NCBI GenBank assembly: GCA_965153285.1
Contig: OZ229114.1
Strand: one strand, 5' to 3'
DNA length: 64,000 nt
DNA from: Podarcis tiliguerta
Lineage: Eukaryota
A model generated the notes under the pieces. It was not told the origin of the DNA and did not search any database. It saw only the letters and a list, made by a program, of their open reading frames with translations. The first letter of the stretch is position 1; every line of letters begins with the position of its first letter. The position numbers were made by a program, and so were the translations under genes. Shown piece by piece: positions 49,512 through 63,100 of the stretch.

Positions 49512-52500
49512 GGCTAGTTCATTTAATGTAATGTGTAGTTTCGCCCTCCTTGTACCAGAATTCTTCCTGCTTTGGCTCATCACTGAGAAGCTGGATGCAT
49601 TGAGAAGTCATGACAGGATAGTTGTCCGTTACTTCCTATGCAGTAAACCTAAAGCCTTGTCTGTTGCCTCTACTGAAAGGACTAGGTGATGAGGCGTTGG
49701 CCAGGGAACAGCTGATGGATCTCATTGCAGACTGTGCACACTACCGTAATGGATTGTGTAAGCAATGTCAGGGTATTATTTATATCCCTTTATTATGCCT
49801 TAAACTCCCATGGTGCCACTGGAGAGGAACAGGTGCAACGCTGACTGTGATCCGGCGGCCAAGAATGTTCCCTCTGCTCTGGGAGCCCAGGCGAGAGCTG
49901 ACCAGAGAGGTACAAACCCAGCTATCTGAAATTACTCTGTAATGCTGGTGGGCTACAACAATAAACGCAAAAGTTTCACAGAGCTGTGGGGGCGGAATAA
50001 CTCGACTGCGGCTCTCGGCAGCCTATGCGGCTAGGAAATCAGAGATACTCAACAGCAGGAATTCCCCAGCAAGTGCATAATCTGAGTTCGTTAATACAAG
50101 GCTCCACTCGTTATAGAACCAGAGGAGGACAACTGGAGTGGAACCCTTTAAATCAACCTTTAATGCCTAGCTCAAAAGCAGGAGGGGAGGGGGGTTCTCC
50201 TGGGGCTTTGCTCTGTGCAGGCACCTGGGCTGAATAGGCAGGAACACATGGTAGAATCAATCCACCTGACACAGCTGCCCTATTGCTCTTTCCCTCAAGC
50301 ATTAGGAGGATAATGCTGTGCTTAAAATGCCCAAACTACCTAACCCAGTATATATATTTTGAAACCGCATTGGCAATATGCAAATATATTAAAAAGGAGA
50401 TTTATCTGTTCCATTCCTTGAGCTAATAATAACCAAGAATAGAGCTGCTTGGGGATTTTGATTGGTCCATATTTTTTAACCAAACTGAATTGATCTGCAC
50501 TTCCCAGACTAATACACAAATCATAATGCAATTATCCTTTCATTTTCATGTTTCTCTGAATATCGCAATAGTTCAGGGCCCCCAAAAAATGCACCAAGTG
50601 CTTACAAAACATTTTAGGTAAAAATGGATACGAAAAGGAGTATCTTATAATAAATGCATAGAAAAATGCCTCTATCGGGGTAAAATGCATTAAAAGTGTA
50701 TATTTTGTGTGCGTGTTTTAAAAATTGATTTGTAGATTGATGTGGAACTGCAATAGAACAGTCTTAGAATTGTAGCGCTGGAAGGGAGCACTCATGTGTA
50801 GGTTTAATAATTTGCCTGGATCTCATATTAAATACAGCTTGCAGCTGTATCTCCGTGTGAATTTGACCCCATATTTTGAATATCCAAACCACTGTCTGAG
50901 GTAAATCTATAATTTCTTCTACCTCTTTTTGCAGCTCCCAGGAGAAACCCTTCTTCGAAGCAAGAAGGTAACAAGACAACAGATGCCCTAGGAAGGCACC
51001 ACACTTACATAAGGTTGAGCACTTGCATTTTACCTCTAAGTAACTGGGTATATATCTGTATCTGCTTAAATTCAGCAAAAGAAAAAAAAGGGGGGGGGAG
51101 TTTGTAGTGATGTGGCACTGTAAAGCACAAGCAAAAGTTACTACATATCCAGCAAGGATATGAAATGATACTCCATTTATAGGCAATGAACTTCAAAACA
51201 CAGGGTTTTCAGAAAGAAAATTCAGAGTCGCTCCTTTTCCTTACTCAGAAATCCTTGGAGCAGAAGCAATTAACATTTGCCAACAATCCCTGGAGTGGAA
51301 CACCTCATAAATCTTCCCTTTGCAAAGCCAAGGCAGCACACGCCTCTGCTTTCACAAAGTTCACTGGGAAAGAAAGTGGGCATTGTTCAGTGGCCAGACT
51401 CAGGTGTGATTGGAGCATCCCATCTGGAGCATCTGTTCTTGAGTCTGAGCATGTCTATCTTCAGAGAGGCTTTAGGAGGAAAGAATTACCATAAGGAAAA
51501 GAAGGAAATTTTCCTCTTCCTCAGACCAGCACTTCTGGGTGCTATGTTCCTACAACATATTGTTTGCTAGAAATCTGTAAAAAGACCAGATTTCATAACT
51601 AAACATAGGCGAATCAACCTAATTCACCCCATTTTTGCCTTAATTGGCATTAAAAAAAAATTCACATGAACATTCACATTTAAATTTAGGTAAGAAGGCA
51701 TTTAAAATACACTTTCTCTCAAAATACGCATTTTAAAATGCATTTTTTTGCTGAGAAATGCACCAGAACGTTTGGAGATGTGCAAAATCCGATGGGAACA
51801 TACAGTCCAATCTGCACATGAGTCTCTAGGAGGTGTGGATCTGGTCAATTCATATCAAGATTCCAACACCTCACACATCCACACCCACAATTTACTTAAA
51901 GCCAGCCACCTATGACATATAATATGCACCAGCAAAAGAAGACATGGAAAGTAGTCAACTAGGACATTGCTCTGGACTCCCCCCACCTCTGGACTCCCCC
52001 TTGCCCCACACCATCCCCATCACAATGAGTGCAGTGCACTGCCAGGACATTACTGCATCCCCCACTCAAGAGCCCTGCCCCCTCCCGTCCACTCCTCTGT
52101 TTGCTAATTTAGATTTCTCTTGTACACGTTTCCTATAGTATTGTGAAATCTGATTCCAGTTGTGGGCGCCCAAAGAGCACAGGCCTTCGCAGTTGCCACT
52201 ACTGAGCGTGCCCCTTAGCACTTGAGCATGCTCAGTAGAATTCCATGGACAAAACCGGCAGGTATATGAGAAATGGTTTGCTGTGAAGCCAAGAAGAAAT
52301 GTAGGGGATTCCAGAATGACTTCATTGAATCTGATCATGCACATGGGAGTCTATTCAGTTCTTAAAGTGGATGTGAGGGTGACCAGTAGGGATGCCATCT
52401 CCCCCTCCCTCCCCAAAAGATATTGAATATCCTCAGCTTAACAGATTCTTGCAAGTACTGGCAGGCTTCGGGGAAATGATGAACTCTCATGCTGTAATTG

Positions 52501-54602
52501 GCCATTTGGCAGGGTGAGAAGTGTGGGAAGCAAGCAGTTCCTAGACAGCTAAGACTGAGCATAGTTTGCTTAGTAACGGTAGTGAGATCACCAGCACCAA
52601 TGGCGAGCTCCACCCACCCACTTTTGGGGTGTAGGATTTAGACTGCTGATCTTGTGAAGGGCTGAAGGAATACAGGTTTGCTACAAAACCAGGGCACAAT
52701 GGAAGTCTTGCATGCTAATCTTGTGCGCTGCATACTTACTCAGAAGTCCAGCTGGCTGAGTCTGTCGACCCACTTCCAAGTAAATATGCCTATGGCTGTA
52801 CCCTTCCTGTGTTTTCAGACCAGCATGCCTTGAGTCGGGAGAGAAATTCGGTTCAGCTGACATCTAAAAGCTAACCTACCAAATATGTGTTTTCCAAAAT
52901 AAAATTGAAATTGAAACACACCCATCCTTCAAAATCCACACTTCTCCAACTTTTGCAGCACAGTTCTCCAGCCAAATCAGGTGTACATATTTGCAGGATG
53001 GCTTCTGTGCCTCTGGGATGCTCACTCAAATTGGGGTGGTTGAGTGATGCAGGGCAAAATATCAAAGCAAGATACATTGCAGAGGTCTGCCATCTTTTCT
53101 ATGGTCCTCAGTTGACCTGTTATAGTTTGAAACAGGGGCCCTTCACTGTAACCCAAGAGGCCTCTTTATTTTAAAGGACAACAAATGCTGTAGAAAATCC
53201 CAAGCCTTTATGTTGTTACCATCTGCTATGTCTGCTTCAGCCATTGTTTTGCAGTCCGATCTACAGTACAACAGTGCAAATTCAGAACTGCGCATACATC
53301 AAATCTGTCTTTTACAAACTCAAGGACAGCTTCCTGGATCTTGTATTGTTTTTCTTGCACACTGTTTCTGTGTTGCGCCTTCCAGTCCAGAAGTTGTATT
53401 TACAGTTTGTTGAGATACTAGGACAAACTAGTATTCACCTGAAACATTGTGTTGGCTTATCTCAGACACACAGCAGGGTGCTGAGGGAAAATCCAGTGTC
53501 CATGTTTGTTCAGCGGTTAAAGCAGGTATTACCCTAAAGATGCAAGAGCTCTGCAAGTAGCAAGTGGGCATTTGGCTCACTCTTCTTCCTCTCTACCATC
53601 AAACAGAAGTTATTACATGACACAATGAACAGAGGATTCTGTGTCTTCCTGCCCCTACTTCATATAACAAGGCAAAGGAGAGAAGGGAATGCTCTCCATT
53701 CCAGCTGATCTTCAGAAGAACTGTACCTTTAAGAACTGGCTCCTAAGTTTGCTTTTTTCCTTCTTCCTCCTTATCCCCTTTTCCTTGTGTGTCATGTCTT
53801 TTAGACAGTAAGGCTTAGGGTAAATACAGCCTTACTACTTTCTTTTTAAAAATAAAACTGCTTCAGGAGCCTTTTTTTAGATAAAGAACAGGGTAAGATG
53901 GTTTAAATGAACAGAAGTAAATGAATAGCTACAGCTGGCAGACGATGGGGAACTGAGGTTTGTTGTGATGTATCACGACATGTTCTGCTAAACATTACAT
54001 GGGTGGAGGGGAACAGAAGCTAAACCTGTTGCCCCTATTTTTAGAAGCAGCCCTGCATTTATGGTAAAGCCAAGTAGTTTTATCCCATAACTGCTTATGA
54101 ACACACAGGAGAGATTATCTGTTTTCCACTCAGTTGCCAATTTCCCTTTCGGATGTCCGTTTACTAAACAGCGAGGGGGAAAGAGATTCCTCAGAACACT
54201 TCGCTGAAGCCAGTCCTCAGAAGTGGAACCAAAAGTCATTTACTTTATGAATAAGTGAGCATTCATTCACTCCACCCTAAATATACCCCTCCTTGCCTTT
54301 CTCGTCCTCTCAGCAACACAGTTCCTTCTCTCCTTCTCTCAGCTCCTGTCCCTTCACTATTATTCCATTGTGCCACTGCCGCCATCACCCCCTCCCCTCC
54401 ACCGTCACCTTCTCTCTCCAACCACTGCCAGGCATGCCTTTCTCCTTGAGATTCAACTGGGGGAAGGTGGCGCTCTCTAACCCATGCCCTCGTGGACCAC
54501 CTGGGAGAAGGAAAATAAGGTGGACCAGGAGACAGGTTGTGGTAGGAGGAGAGGAGGAGCATGGGGAAAGAAGGTTCTCCCTCCTTCCAGGGGCCTAACG
54601 TG

Positions 54603-54845
54603 CAGGGCCAGCCCAAGATGTTTTGGCACCTGAGGAGAACCACAAAATGGTGTCCACCCTGCTAGCGCCAAGAAGCTACTGTAGAGGCAGCATGGGGCAG
54701 CGGCTGAGAAGGCGACAGATCCAATCTCAAAGGAACATGCTGCAGCCATCGCAGCAGTGGACAATGCATTCCTTGGAGGCCAGATCTGCTGCTCCTGTTG
54801 CCTGAGGTGGTTGCCTCTCCTTGCCTCATGGGTGGACCAGCCCTA
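54603..54845. mobile_element. hAT-like MITE
   Basis: Ends cagggccagcccaagatgttttggcacctgagg and gcctcatgggtggaccagcccta. TSD ctaacgtg/ataacatg matches at 6 of 8 positions. Confidence 0.72.
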
Positions 54846-56273
54846 ATAACATGTCTATATGCAGAGCCTGGAGAGCTGCCTACTTGTTCCCACAAAAGTC
54901 CTAGCAATTGACAGCCTCTTTCTATTGCCCCAATGCCCTGGTTCTGAGGTACTTGTGTGTCTTTGAGTCCTCAGGATGACGTGTGCACAGTGCTTTTTTA
55001 CTTCCTCCCATTCACTTCAGTGGGAGGTGAAGTGGTCAGGAGAGGGAAAAGTTAATTACAGCGCTGGAGTTGGGTGGGGCCTCTGCTTCCCTGGCAACCC
55101 ATTTACATTTGCTCCCCTAGGAGAATGGAGTTACGTTTTGTCACGCTGACAGACATTAGCTACTAATATTCCATATCACCATTAAGTCATTATTAAAATG
55201 AGGCCTGTACCCGCTGGAAAAGCTTTAGGAGACACTGGAATATATTTAGGAGAAGGCCTTGCCTAGAGGGAATATAGTCTTCTCCCTGGCAAGAAAGCCT
55301 TACAAAAATGAGGTAAGTTTTGGCTTTAAAAACCAAAAATCTTTTTCCATTCCGTTTTCAGCACTCATTTGATGAAGTAAAGGACTGCAGCAATTAAACA
55401 CGGAGGGACCATTAGAGAGGTCTTAACCTCAGGTGGCAGCTGTTCTTATCACTTCTCAGCAGCCTGAGCTTATTTCTCCGAGATGTTCTGCAGGCTTTCC
55501 CCACTGAATTGAGAATTACATTGCTTGGGTGTTAAGAGAAATAACGTGCTTTCAGTCCCAAGCGTGCTGAAGGTCTACTAAAGTGGAGAGAGGTTGAAAT
55601 TGAAGAGCACCTGTAACCAGGAAATAGACTAATAGGGATGTTCCTTCTCTGGAGAGAGAGAGAGAGAGAGGCTACAGTTATCTGGGCGGCAGGTTGGTTG
55701 GCTGACAGTGGGTGATAGTGACACCTGCTGGAAATATGCCCTCATTAGACAGTGGTAGCATCTTTCTTTGCTATTCAGAAAGAGTTCCACAGAAATGTTT
55801 AGCTGGATTCCTATATGAAGTTCTCACCATGTTAGTCTTTCATCCTGGTTTGTTTGCAGAGAGATATTTAATAACCACTGTGATCTGTTTGTGGGGAGGT
55901 AATAAGGCATTTTGTCAAGCAAGTGTCACCCCACACTTTCCGGCACATCTTCCTGTTCCTTTCCTTATCATAAAAAGTCCATTTGGGAGAGAGATGTGGG
56001 TTTGTCGCACAAGAGCTCCAAATTCCGCTTTAATTGTGCACCCTGAATTGTATGGGATGACACTGAACCCCACCTCAAAATGGCGGCAGTCTGTAATGGC
56101 ACACTATGTCTTCAGACTCTTCTGTTATAGTGCCAGGGGGGGATCTTTTAGATAACTTTTTTTAAAGAATGCTTGACCTATGCAAATGGCAGGGATTCTG
56201 TATGTCAGAGATAACAGGGGATGAGAAATATCGGCTGAATCTGTACATCAAGAGCAAGAAGGGATGCATTCTA

Positions 56274-56541
56274 GGCAAAGTATGGTGTAGTGGTTAAGAG
56301 CGGTAGTCTCGTAATCTGGGGAACCGGGTTCGCGTCCCCGCTCCTCCACATGCAGCTGCTGGGTGACTTTGGGCTAGTCACACTTCTCTGAAGTCTCTCA
56401 GCCCCACTCACCTCACAGAGTGTTTGTTGTGGGGGAGGAAGGGAAAGGAGATTGTTAGCCGCTTTTAGACTCCTTAAGGGGAGTGAAAGGCGGGATATCA
56501 AATCCAAACTCTTCTTCTCTTCTTCAAATCCAAATCTTCTC
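56274..56541 (+). mobile_element. Squam3-like SINE with duplicated 3' end
   Basis: Body near-identical to the 39054 copy. Tail reads caaatccaaactcttcttctcttcttcaaatccaaatcttct. Confidence 0.92.
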
Positions 56542-58689
56542 TAAGTGCAGAAGCGAAGGCCATGCCCCCCTCCGCTTCCACAAAGTATGCCCCAAAATGC
56601 ATGCCAGTGAGAGGGGGGCATTCTGGTGGCTTCAAAAGAGGTGGGGCATGCTGAGCCCCATCGCTTGAACTTCCACCTCCTGAGTCGGGCACTTCATCCT
56701 GCCCCACGGGGTGCTGGCCTGCCACCTAAAATGCTTCCACCATCCGAATAATCTTCTCCTGCCCTGGCCTGAAGGTCTTGCACCCAGACTCATAATCCTA
56801 TCTACTTGTGAAACTTGAAACCTTCAAATTCAGTGCCCTGAGTCACCACCCAAGGCTTTTTCTTTCCAAACCTCGAAACCTTGCTTTGCCCCCAACTTAT
56901 CAGCAAAACTCAAACTAGAATATCACCTTCTCCGGTGGAAGGATTCAGGCAACTTTTACAGCTGAGAGCCTGGCCCAGCACTATGTATATAACATCTGCT
57001 TTGAGAAGGGGAGACCTCCGTCCTGTGTGTCACCACAGCAGGGAAAATGCTTCTTTCCCCACTCTATGGCTCTCTGGGGGCCAGGAGGTCAGAAGGCTGG
57101 ATCGAGATTTATGAGCTTCTCCCAGTAAAAGACTTCCCCAGATGAACTTTTTGCACTATTCTCTCCCCCTTATCCCTTCAGGTGAATGGGAAGATTTGAA
57201 ACAAAGGTAGGCGGGTATGGCCAATACTGAAGAGCCCGTTTTTGACCTCTTGTTAACATGTTAAATTGACGCATGGGCAGGTGGCTCCTTGGCAAGTGAA
57301 CAGCTCATTGTCTAGTCTTGGCCAGTTGCACAGTAAGAGCTTTTCCCCTTCTTCATTTGTTTGAGCCAGAGGAAATCTTTCTGTGTAGGAAGCCAGTAGT
57401 CACATTTATTTAAACTTGTCTCTGGCCTTACAGTAGTGCTGCACACTTCTTATTATTATTTTTTAGATACCTGGACATGCTACAAGAAGAGAGCCGAGAC
57501 CAAATTTACCTTGGATACTATGGGCAGAGCAATGTGTATGGAAAATTCTGCACCAAGGTAATACAAATCCTGTACTAGCAAAAGATGCATCCTGCATTTA
57601 GCATTATTGTTTGTTTTGCGTTTCCGTACTATTTTGCAAATTTCTAGCCTATTTCTGCTAGTGCAAGGGGGTGTACAATGAGTTCTGCAGGTACTGGATT
57701 TTATTCCACAACTGCAATGTTTCACCAGACAGTGCCCTACCTGGCCTACCATGATTTTCATGATATCAATATTCTGAGGAGCTAGATGGTCCACTGGCCT
57801 GATGCTATAGGTTTATCTTCCTAATGCTATATGTCAGGGAGGAAGATTCTAGCCTACCCTTCTCCCTGACATGCTGGTTTTCTATGTGCAGTGATTTATT
57901 TGTTTTTCTGTATAGAGGAGCATTCAGTTCTGAGCACCTCCCTTGCACTCTGAAATGACACAGTGTAGAAACATGTCTGGTTTACCAGAGAGAGATCAAT
58001 TAAATGAGAGCGTCTGTACCTGTGCCATGTGCTGCTACCTGATGCACCAAATAAGCGTCCACCCGGTTGGGATCTTGTATACATGCACACAGTGTATCAT
58101 CTGGCAGGAAGTGGAAATCCCATACATTTCTTGGCCATTTGCACCTGAGCCAAGTCTAAATGCCAGTCCTAAAAATACAGCCTGGAAGCTGCAGCATGCT
58201 AACAACCCTCCTCGCTCCTGCCTCCCATCCATACACACTGCCTGCACCACCGGATTATTTTTGAATGAGGACACTTTCTTGAAAGTAACTTGAGGCTACA
58301 CAGAAGCCATTCCCTTTTCTTTCATGTTCTTTGGTTGCTGGTGCTGTTGTTGCTTCATTCAAGCTGCAGCCCGACGTTAAGAATGCGGAAGGAGGAGAAG
58401 GGAGAAGCAGTCTCTGTCTAGGATTACACTGCTGTGTTGCTTCTTCTTCCCTTTGCATTGCCCAGTTTGGTTTTGTATATAAGCCACATTTGTCCTTGGT
58501 TAAGTTCTGCTTCCTGCAGGCTCATCACTGAAACATGGAATTACTAATGTGTGAGGAGAAAAGGGCTTGGCAGTCCTCTGAGTTATTAACTCTGGTGAAG
58601 AGCAGAAAGAATATAGGAAGGCTCAGGGGCTTGAGAGCCAAACCCAGAAGCTACTAGTCCTATTTGAGTTCTATCTGCTCTGCCTTACA

Positions 58690-58848
58690 TGGTTGGATGC
58701 AGTAATTCTTCTGAATACCAGTTGCTAGAAACCTCTGGAGGGCTCAGGCCCTGCCTGCAGGCTTCCCACATGCCTCTGGTTGGCCTCTGTGAGAACAAGG
58801 TGCTTGGCTAGATGGGCCATTGGCCTGAACTACCAAGCTCTTCCTATG
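58690..58848 (+). mobile_element. CR1 3'-end fragment
   Basis: gcctctggttggcc...tgagaaca...gctagatgggccattggcctga...gctcttcctatg. Confidence 0.7.
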
Positions 58849-59014
58849 AACAGTGCTGTTTCTGTGTGCAGAACAGAAGGCAGACATATACAGTGCAATT
58901 AGCTGATCTGGAAGTGCCTTGTGCTCAGACCACAAGTAATTTGTTCCCTCCACAATTCTGAAAAAGTAAAATAGGCGCATAAATGTCTGGTATTCCATGC
59001 ATGTGAAGCAGGTG

Positions 59015-59138
59015 CTTTATATAACCAGAGAGGTAGGCCTCGTCCAAACTTGACAGTAGCAGCCAACCGCGTACAGCACCGACTGACTGGCTCCCCGTGA
59101 TGTCACCAAGAAATCGCCCCTCCCCACCCTGCCCCCTC
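59015..59138 (-). promoter_or_regulatory. Candidate TATA-box core promoter (minus strand)
   Basis: TATATAAAG at 59023-59015. Upstream lie a CRE/ATF-like TGACATCA (59105-59098), a GC-box-like tract (59116-59138) and a local CpG cluster. Confidence 0.35.
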
Positions 59139-59342
59139 CATGGTCCATAATCTTTGGGGCAATTTTGCCTTGTTAAGGAAAAAGGAAAAAGCCAAAATTG
59201 CAGCAAACACAGCATTTTATATTGATGTCCTAGCTTTCCTAAAGCAGTATTAAAATGATTATGAAGCAAAATACCACACCACCCCTGCCCATTCAGGAGC
59301 CAATTTATCATATTTTAAATGTACCCTGTATTATTCTTGGTG

Positions 59343-59835
59343 AAGAATATAAGAAAAGCCCTGCTAGACTGCAACAAAGGACTGTATCCAGGCCCCTGCT
59401 TTGCTCAGTGACTGGAAGCTTCTACAAAGACCACCATCCAGAGAGGAAGACAAAAAGCCCCCACCTGCCATTCCTCACCAGCAACTTGTACACAGTGGCA
59501 TTCTGCCCTGGGACTTAGAGGTTTCATTTGAAACTAGCCGTCATGGGTAACATAGCTGTCAACTTTCAGATTTGAAAATAAGGAATCAGCAGCCTCAAAA
59601 ATAAGGGATCAGCAGCCTCATCTGTCCCGGGGACAGTCTACGGGATATCTAACAATCCGGGATAGCAGCAGGAAGCAGCGGGAAACAGCGCTGGAATAAG
59701 GGAATTTCCCACAAAAAGGAAGGTTGACAGCTATGATGTCAGACCTATCGGCCCCTACAAATTTTGCCTAATCCCCTTCTAAAGCCGTTGCAATGAGAGG
59801 TCATTACCACAGCTTGTGTCAGCAAATTCCATTAA
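59343..59835 (-). mobile_element. CR1 3'-end fragment interrupted by a MITE
   Basis: aagaatataagaaaagccctgctaga tail. CR1-like sequence resumes after 59735 with ctaatccccttctaaagcc...gcaaattcca. Confidence 0.65.
59551..59735. mobile_element. MITE with 13-bp TIRs and an internal 23-bp tandem duplication
   Basis: TIRs catagctgtcaac and gttgacagctatg. aaaataagg(a/g)atcagcagcctca occurs twice. Confidence 0.8.
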
Positions 59836-60122
59836 TTTTTTTTTTGCCAGGTTTGTTTTAAGGGCTGGTTTATGTTTGTTTAAACTCCATACTTTCTAGT
59901 AATGGGAGTTCAGAAGGGCCGTTTTTACTCCATTTCCACTGAGAAGCCATCACGAACACCACCAGTTACAGGGAATTGGACTAGATGAGCCTTGAGGTCC
60001 CAACTCTACAATTCTATATTTTACTCTTTCCCCTCACTGCCAAAAGAACCAATCCAATGGAATCTTAGCCTTATACTACCATCGCTGCTTTTAAATCCCT
60101 CTCATAGCTGAACTAGATGTCG

Positions 60123-60136
60123 CCGCTAGAGGGCAC
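60123..60136 (+). promoter_or_regulatory. CTCF core motif
   Basis: CCGCTAGAGGGCAC matches the consensus CCRSYAGRKGGCRS. It lies outside recognisable repeats and retains its CpGs. Confidence 0.6.
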
Positions 60137-62221
60137 CCAGTATCACCTAGCATAGGCATCTAGCCAGAAATCACAAGATTTTGGATTATATAGTGAAGGT
60201 GGAAAACCTCTTGGTATACTCAGAAGACAAGTTGAAAGGAAAGGCCCCAGAGGAACAAATGTGGCGCTTGATGCATACAAACCCTCATGCCCTTACATAT
60301 TTAAAAGGCATGTGGAAACCTGCCCCAAATCCGATTACATTTGAGGATTAAGGGGATGAGGCATGTGAGCCAGTAAACTCCTGCTTCCAATCTCCCTTTC
60401 AGCTGCGGCCTTACTGGGTCCCTCTCACCCACTGTCTCCTTCCTCCAGTCTGTAATATGGGGATAATATATTATTGGCCTTCCTTCTGGGGTTTTTACAA
60501 CTGTGGAAAACTGGGCTCTTAAGGAAAGCGCCACATAAGTAGCTTCGCTGGTTTCGATGGGATTTAAGGAAATATGCTCATGGTCTTCCTCTCAGACACA
60601 ATAGCAGCAGGTGGATCTGAGTCTAGGCAGCTGCCCTTCGCAGCAGCTGAGCGAGATTCCTGAGGATGGGAGAGTTAGGGAGCTCACTGTGGCTTCCAGG
60701 CCTCTTGACTCCATTCATCTGGGACAGCTTCACGCCCGGACAGCTCAGATAACTACCTTGGGGATTTGCCTTAAGGATCTTTCTAATCCTGCACTGCCCT
60801 GTCCTATACAAACTTCTCAAATTCCCAGCAAATGGAGGGTGAGCTTTATGTTGTCGTTGACTGGCAAGTGGCTTGGAGCGGAAAGCCACTTGTCCGTTTT
60901 TTCTGGGATGGGGCCGGTTTCACATGAGTCTATTCTCAGCCAGTAGACATCCCAGACTCCCTTAAGAATAAATGGGCTCTTTAATCAGGACTGTCCTATT
61001 TGATCATATTAAGGAAATGCCCCCATGAGCTGTAATTCGCCCATGCTGTGTGGCAAGCTCTGCATAGATCCACCTCTCCATCACTGCCTTGCATAGAAGC
61101 CTCTTGCTTAGCATTCCCCACCCATGACTAAACCTCCAGCAATGGGGCCATTGGCATCTTTGATTCATTACAACAGAATCCTCAGTGCTGAAACTTTGGT
61201 GGTATGTTTCGAAAGAGGAGACAGAAAAATCTCTTTCTGGATTTCCAAATATCTGCACTTGCCCAAGTGGTACAGAGCATATGGGTTGGCTTGCTTAATA
61301 TAGGTGACTCTCAGCTTAAGCTGGGGCTACGTTCCGGGGATAGCACCTAAGCCAAAATTGGGTAGAGTCAAGACACGTTGGATTCAATGGCAGGTGGAAC
61401 TGCTAAAATCTATTTTCCTGGACACCCACCCCTTTTGTTTATTTTTTTGCCAAGCACCTAAAGTTGAATACACACTAGTTAAATGTGCATAAGTTGAGAG
61501 TTACCGGTAATTCAGTTTAAGGCACAACTTTATATCTTCCTTCACTTCTTCTCTGTGCTGTTTGGAGACCCATTCAAGTGTGAACATCTTCTATAAGTGG
61601 TATAAGTTGTTCTCCTCCTCCGCTCCTCCGCTCCGTCGTCTTCCAGCTGTATTTTTTTCTGATGGATAGTTTAAGTATTTTAAGCACTTCCAGTCATGTT
61701 AGTCAGTTGCAGAGAGGCAGGGAAGAAGTATTGTGTCACCTTGAAGATGTATTGTGGCATAATATTTCGTTGACTCAGTGGTACACTGACACAATTTTAG
61801 ATTATGGATTTAACGGTCTTATAGAGCAGCCTGCGGCTCTTTCAGTGGCCATGTGTATTCCTTTGCTTACATCCAAATGTGGTAAACCAGTCCTGTTGCC
61901 TTTGAGGTCTCTTGTGCTCATTCTGTGGAGTGGGGTCTTGATGTCTGCCTCGTTCCCCTGCTCTGAAAGCACAGCTGTGTGGACTAAATGCATGGGATAT
62001 TGTCCTCATTTCACAAATGCACACATTCATTCAGCATATAGAGAAAAAAGGGCAATCAAAGAAACACAAAATAGGTGTGCAGTCTAATTTTATGCATGCA
62101 TACATACACAGCATGGCCTATGATAAACACACACACACACACATATCGCCCTAGCACAAAGAGAGCACCTCATGTAAATAACAAACTGGCTCTGTTCCAC
62201 AAAAGCCTTATGACACATACA

Positions 62222-62748
62222 GACAGGGAAGAAATTTGGTTTGCATTTCATTGCATATCTACCTAATTTGCACTTCTTGAAACAATGTGCAAACTGAAAT
62301 ACAGCCAGTGCATTTTTTCTAAAAAAAAAAAATGTTTAGGGGTACTCTCATTTTCCTACTCATATTGAAATACTGCCCCTGAATGAGGCCAAACTTAGAT
62401 TCATAAAATGTTTAGGGGTATGCGTACCCCTGCATCCCCCCAGAAAAAAGCACTGAATACAGCTATCCTTCAAAATTCACACTTCTCCAAATTTTGTGGT
62501 GCAGTTTTTCGAACAAAAAATGTGTACATACTGCATTAGGGGAAAGAGTCACCAGAAAGGCACAGATTAGTAAAATGCATTACATTGCTTGCAAAAATGT
62601 GTATATTAAGGGAAATCACATACAGAAATGTGTGCATTTGGAGGAACATGCACTAAAATGCTGACAAATTATCACGAGGACTTTAAAAAATAGTAATGGA
62701 AAAGGAATGGAAAAATGAGAAACCAAAACTGACAGATTCTATGCATCC
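62222..62748. mobile_element. Old DNA-transposon-like repeat (family of 22443-22870) hosting a younger MITE
   Basis: Co-linear with 22443-22870 on both sides of the 62306-62455 insertion. Confidence 0.65.
62306..62455. mobile_element. hAT MITE (150 bp)
   Basis: TIRs cagtgcattttttct and agaaaaaagcactg. Perfect 8-bp TSD AATACAGC at 62298-62305 and 62456-62463. Confidence 0.92.
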
Positions 62749-62837
62749 ATAATGCCACATGAGTTTTTGTTGTTTAGATTTTAGGGGATGGTAAGAGTAT
62801 TGAGACCAGCAGGGTAAACACACAAAAACTAATTAAA

Positions 62838-63100
62838 TTTATTCTGGCAATAGGTGCCTGCCTAGTTTATTTAGCATAAAACAACTTGTTTTAAAGAGCA
62901 GCTTTTTAGGGTGTTCATTTAAAGCCTTGGCCAAGTGTTATTAGTATGTCTGGCAGGCTGGGCTGGAGGAACTTCTGACAGCCGAGAGAACGAAACAATA
63001 GGCCTCTGTAATCGGGAGCTTCGACGTATGGTTCTTGGGGCTGCCGAGGCTGCCGGCAGGACACGTACAGCTGCTGCGGATCCAGAAGAAGGGCCAGGAG
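62838..63100 (-). other. Candidate terminal exon (minus strand), CpG-rich
   Basis: Acceptor atcattaatttcccttcag ends at 63101. About 9 CpGs fall in ~100 bp. All three frames are open for more than 50 codons. AATAAA at 62871-62866 and 62843-62838. Confidence 0.3.

Noticed and set aside
53225-53420. Minus-strand protein-like reading YLNKL*IQLLDWKAQHRNSVQEKQYKIQEAVLEFVKDRFD after a possible acceptor
   Set aside because: It has an early in-frame stop and no recognisable homologue, which is not enough to call an exon or pseudogene.
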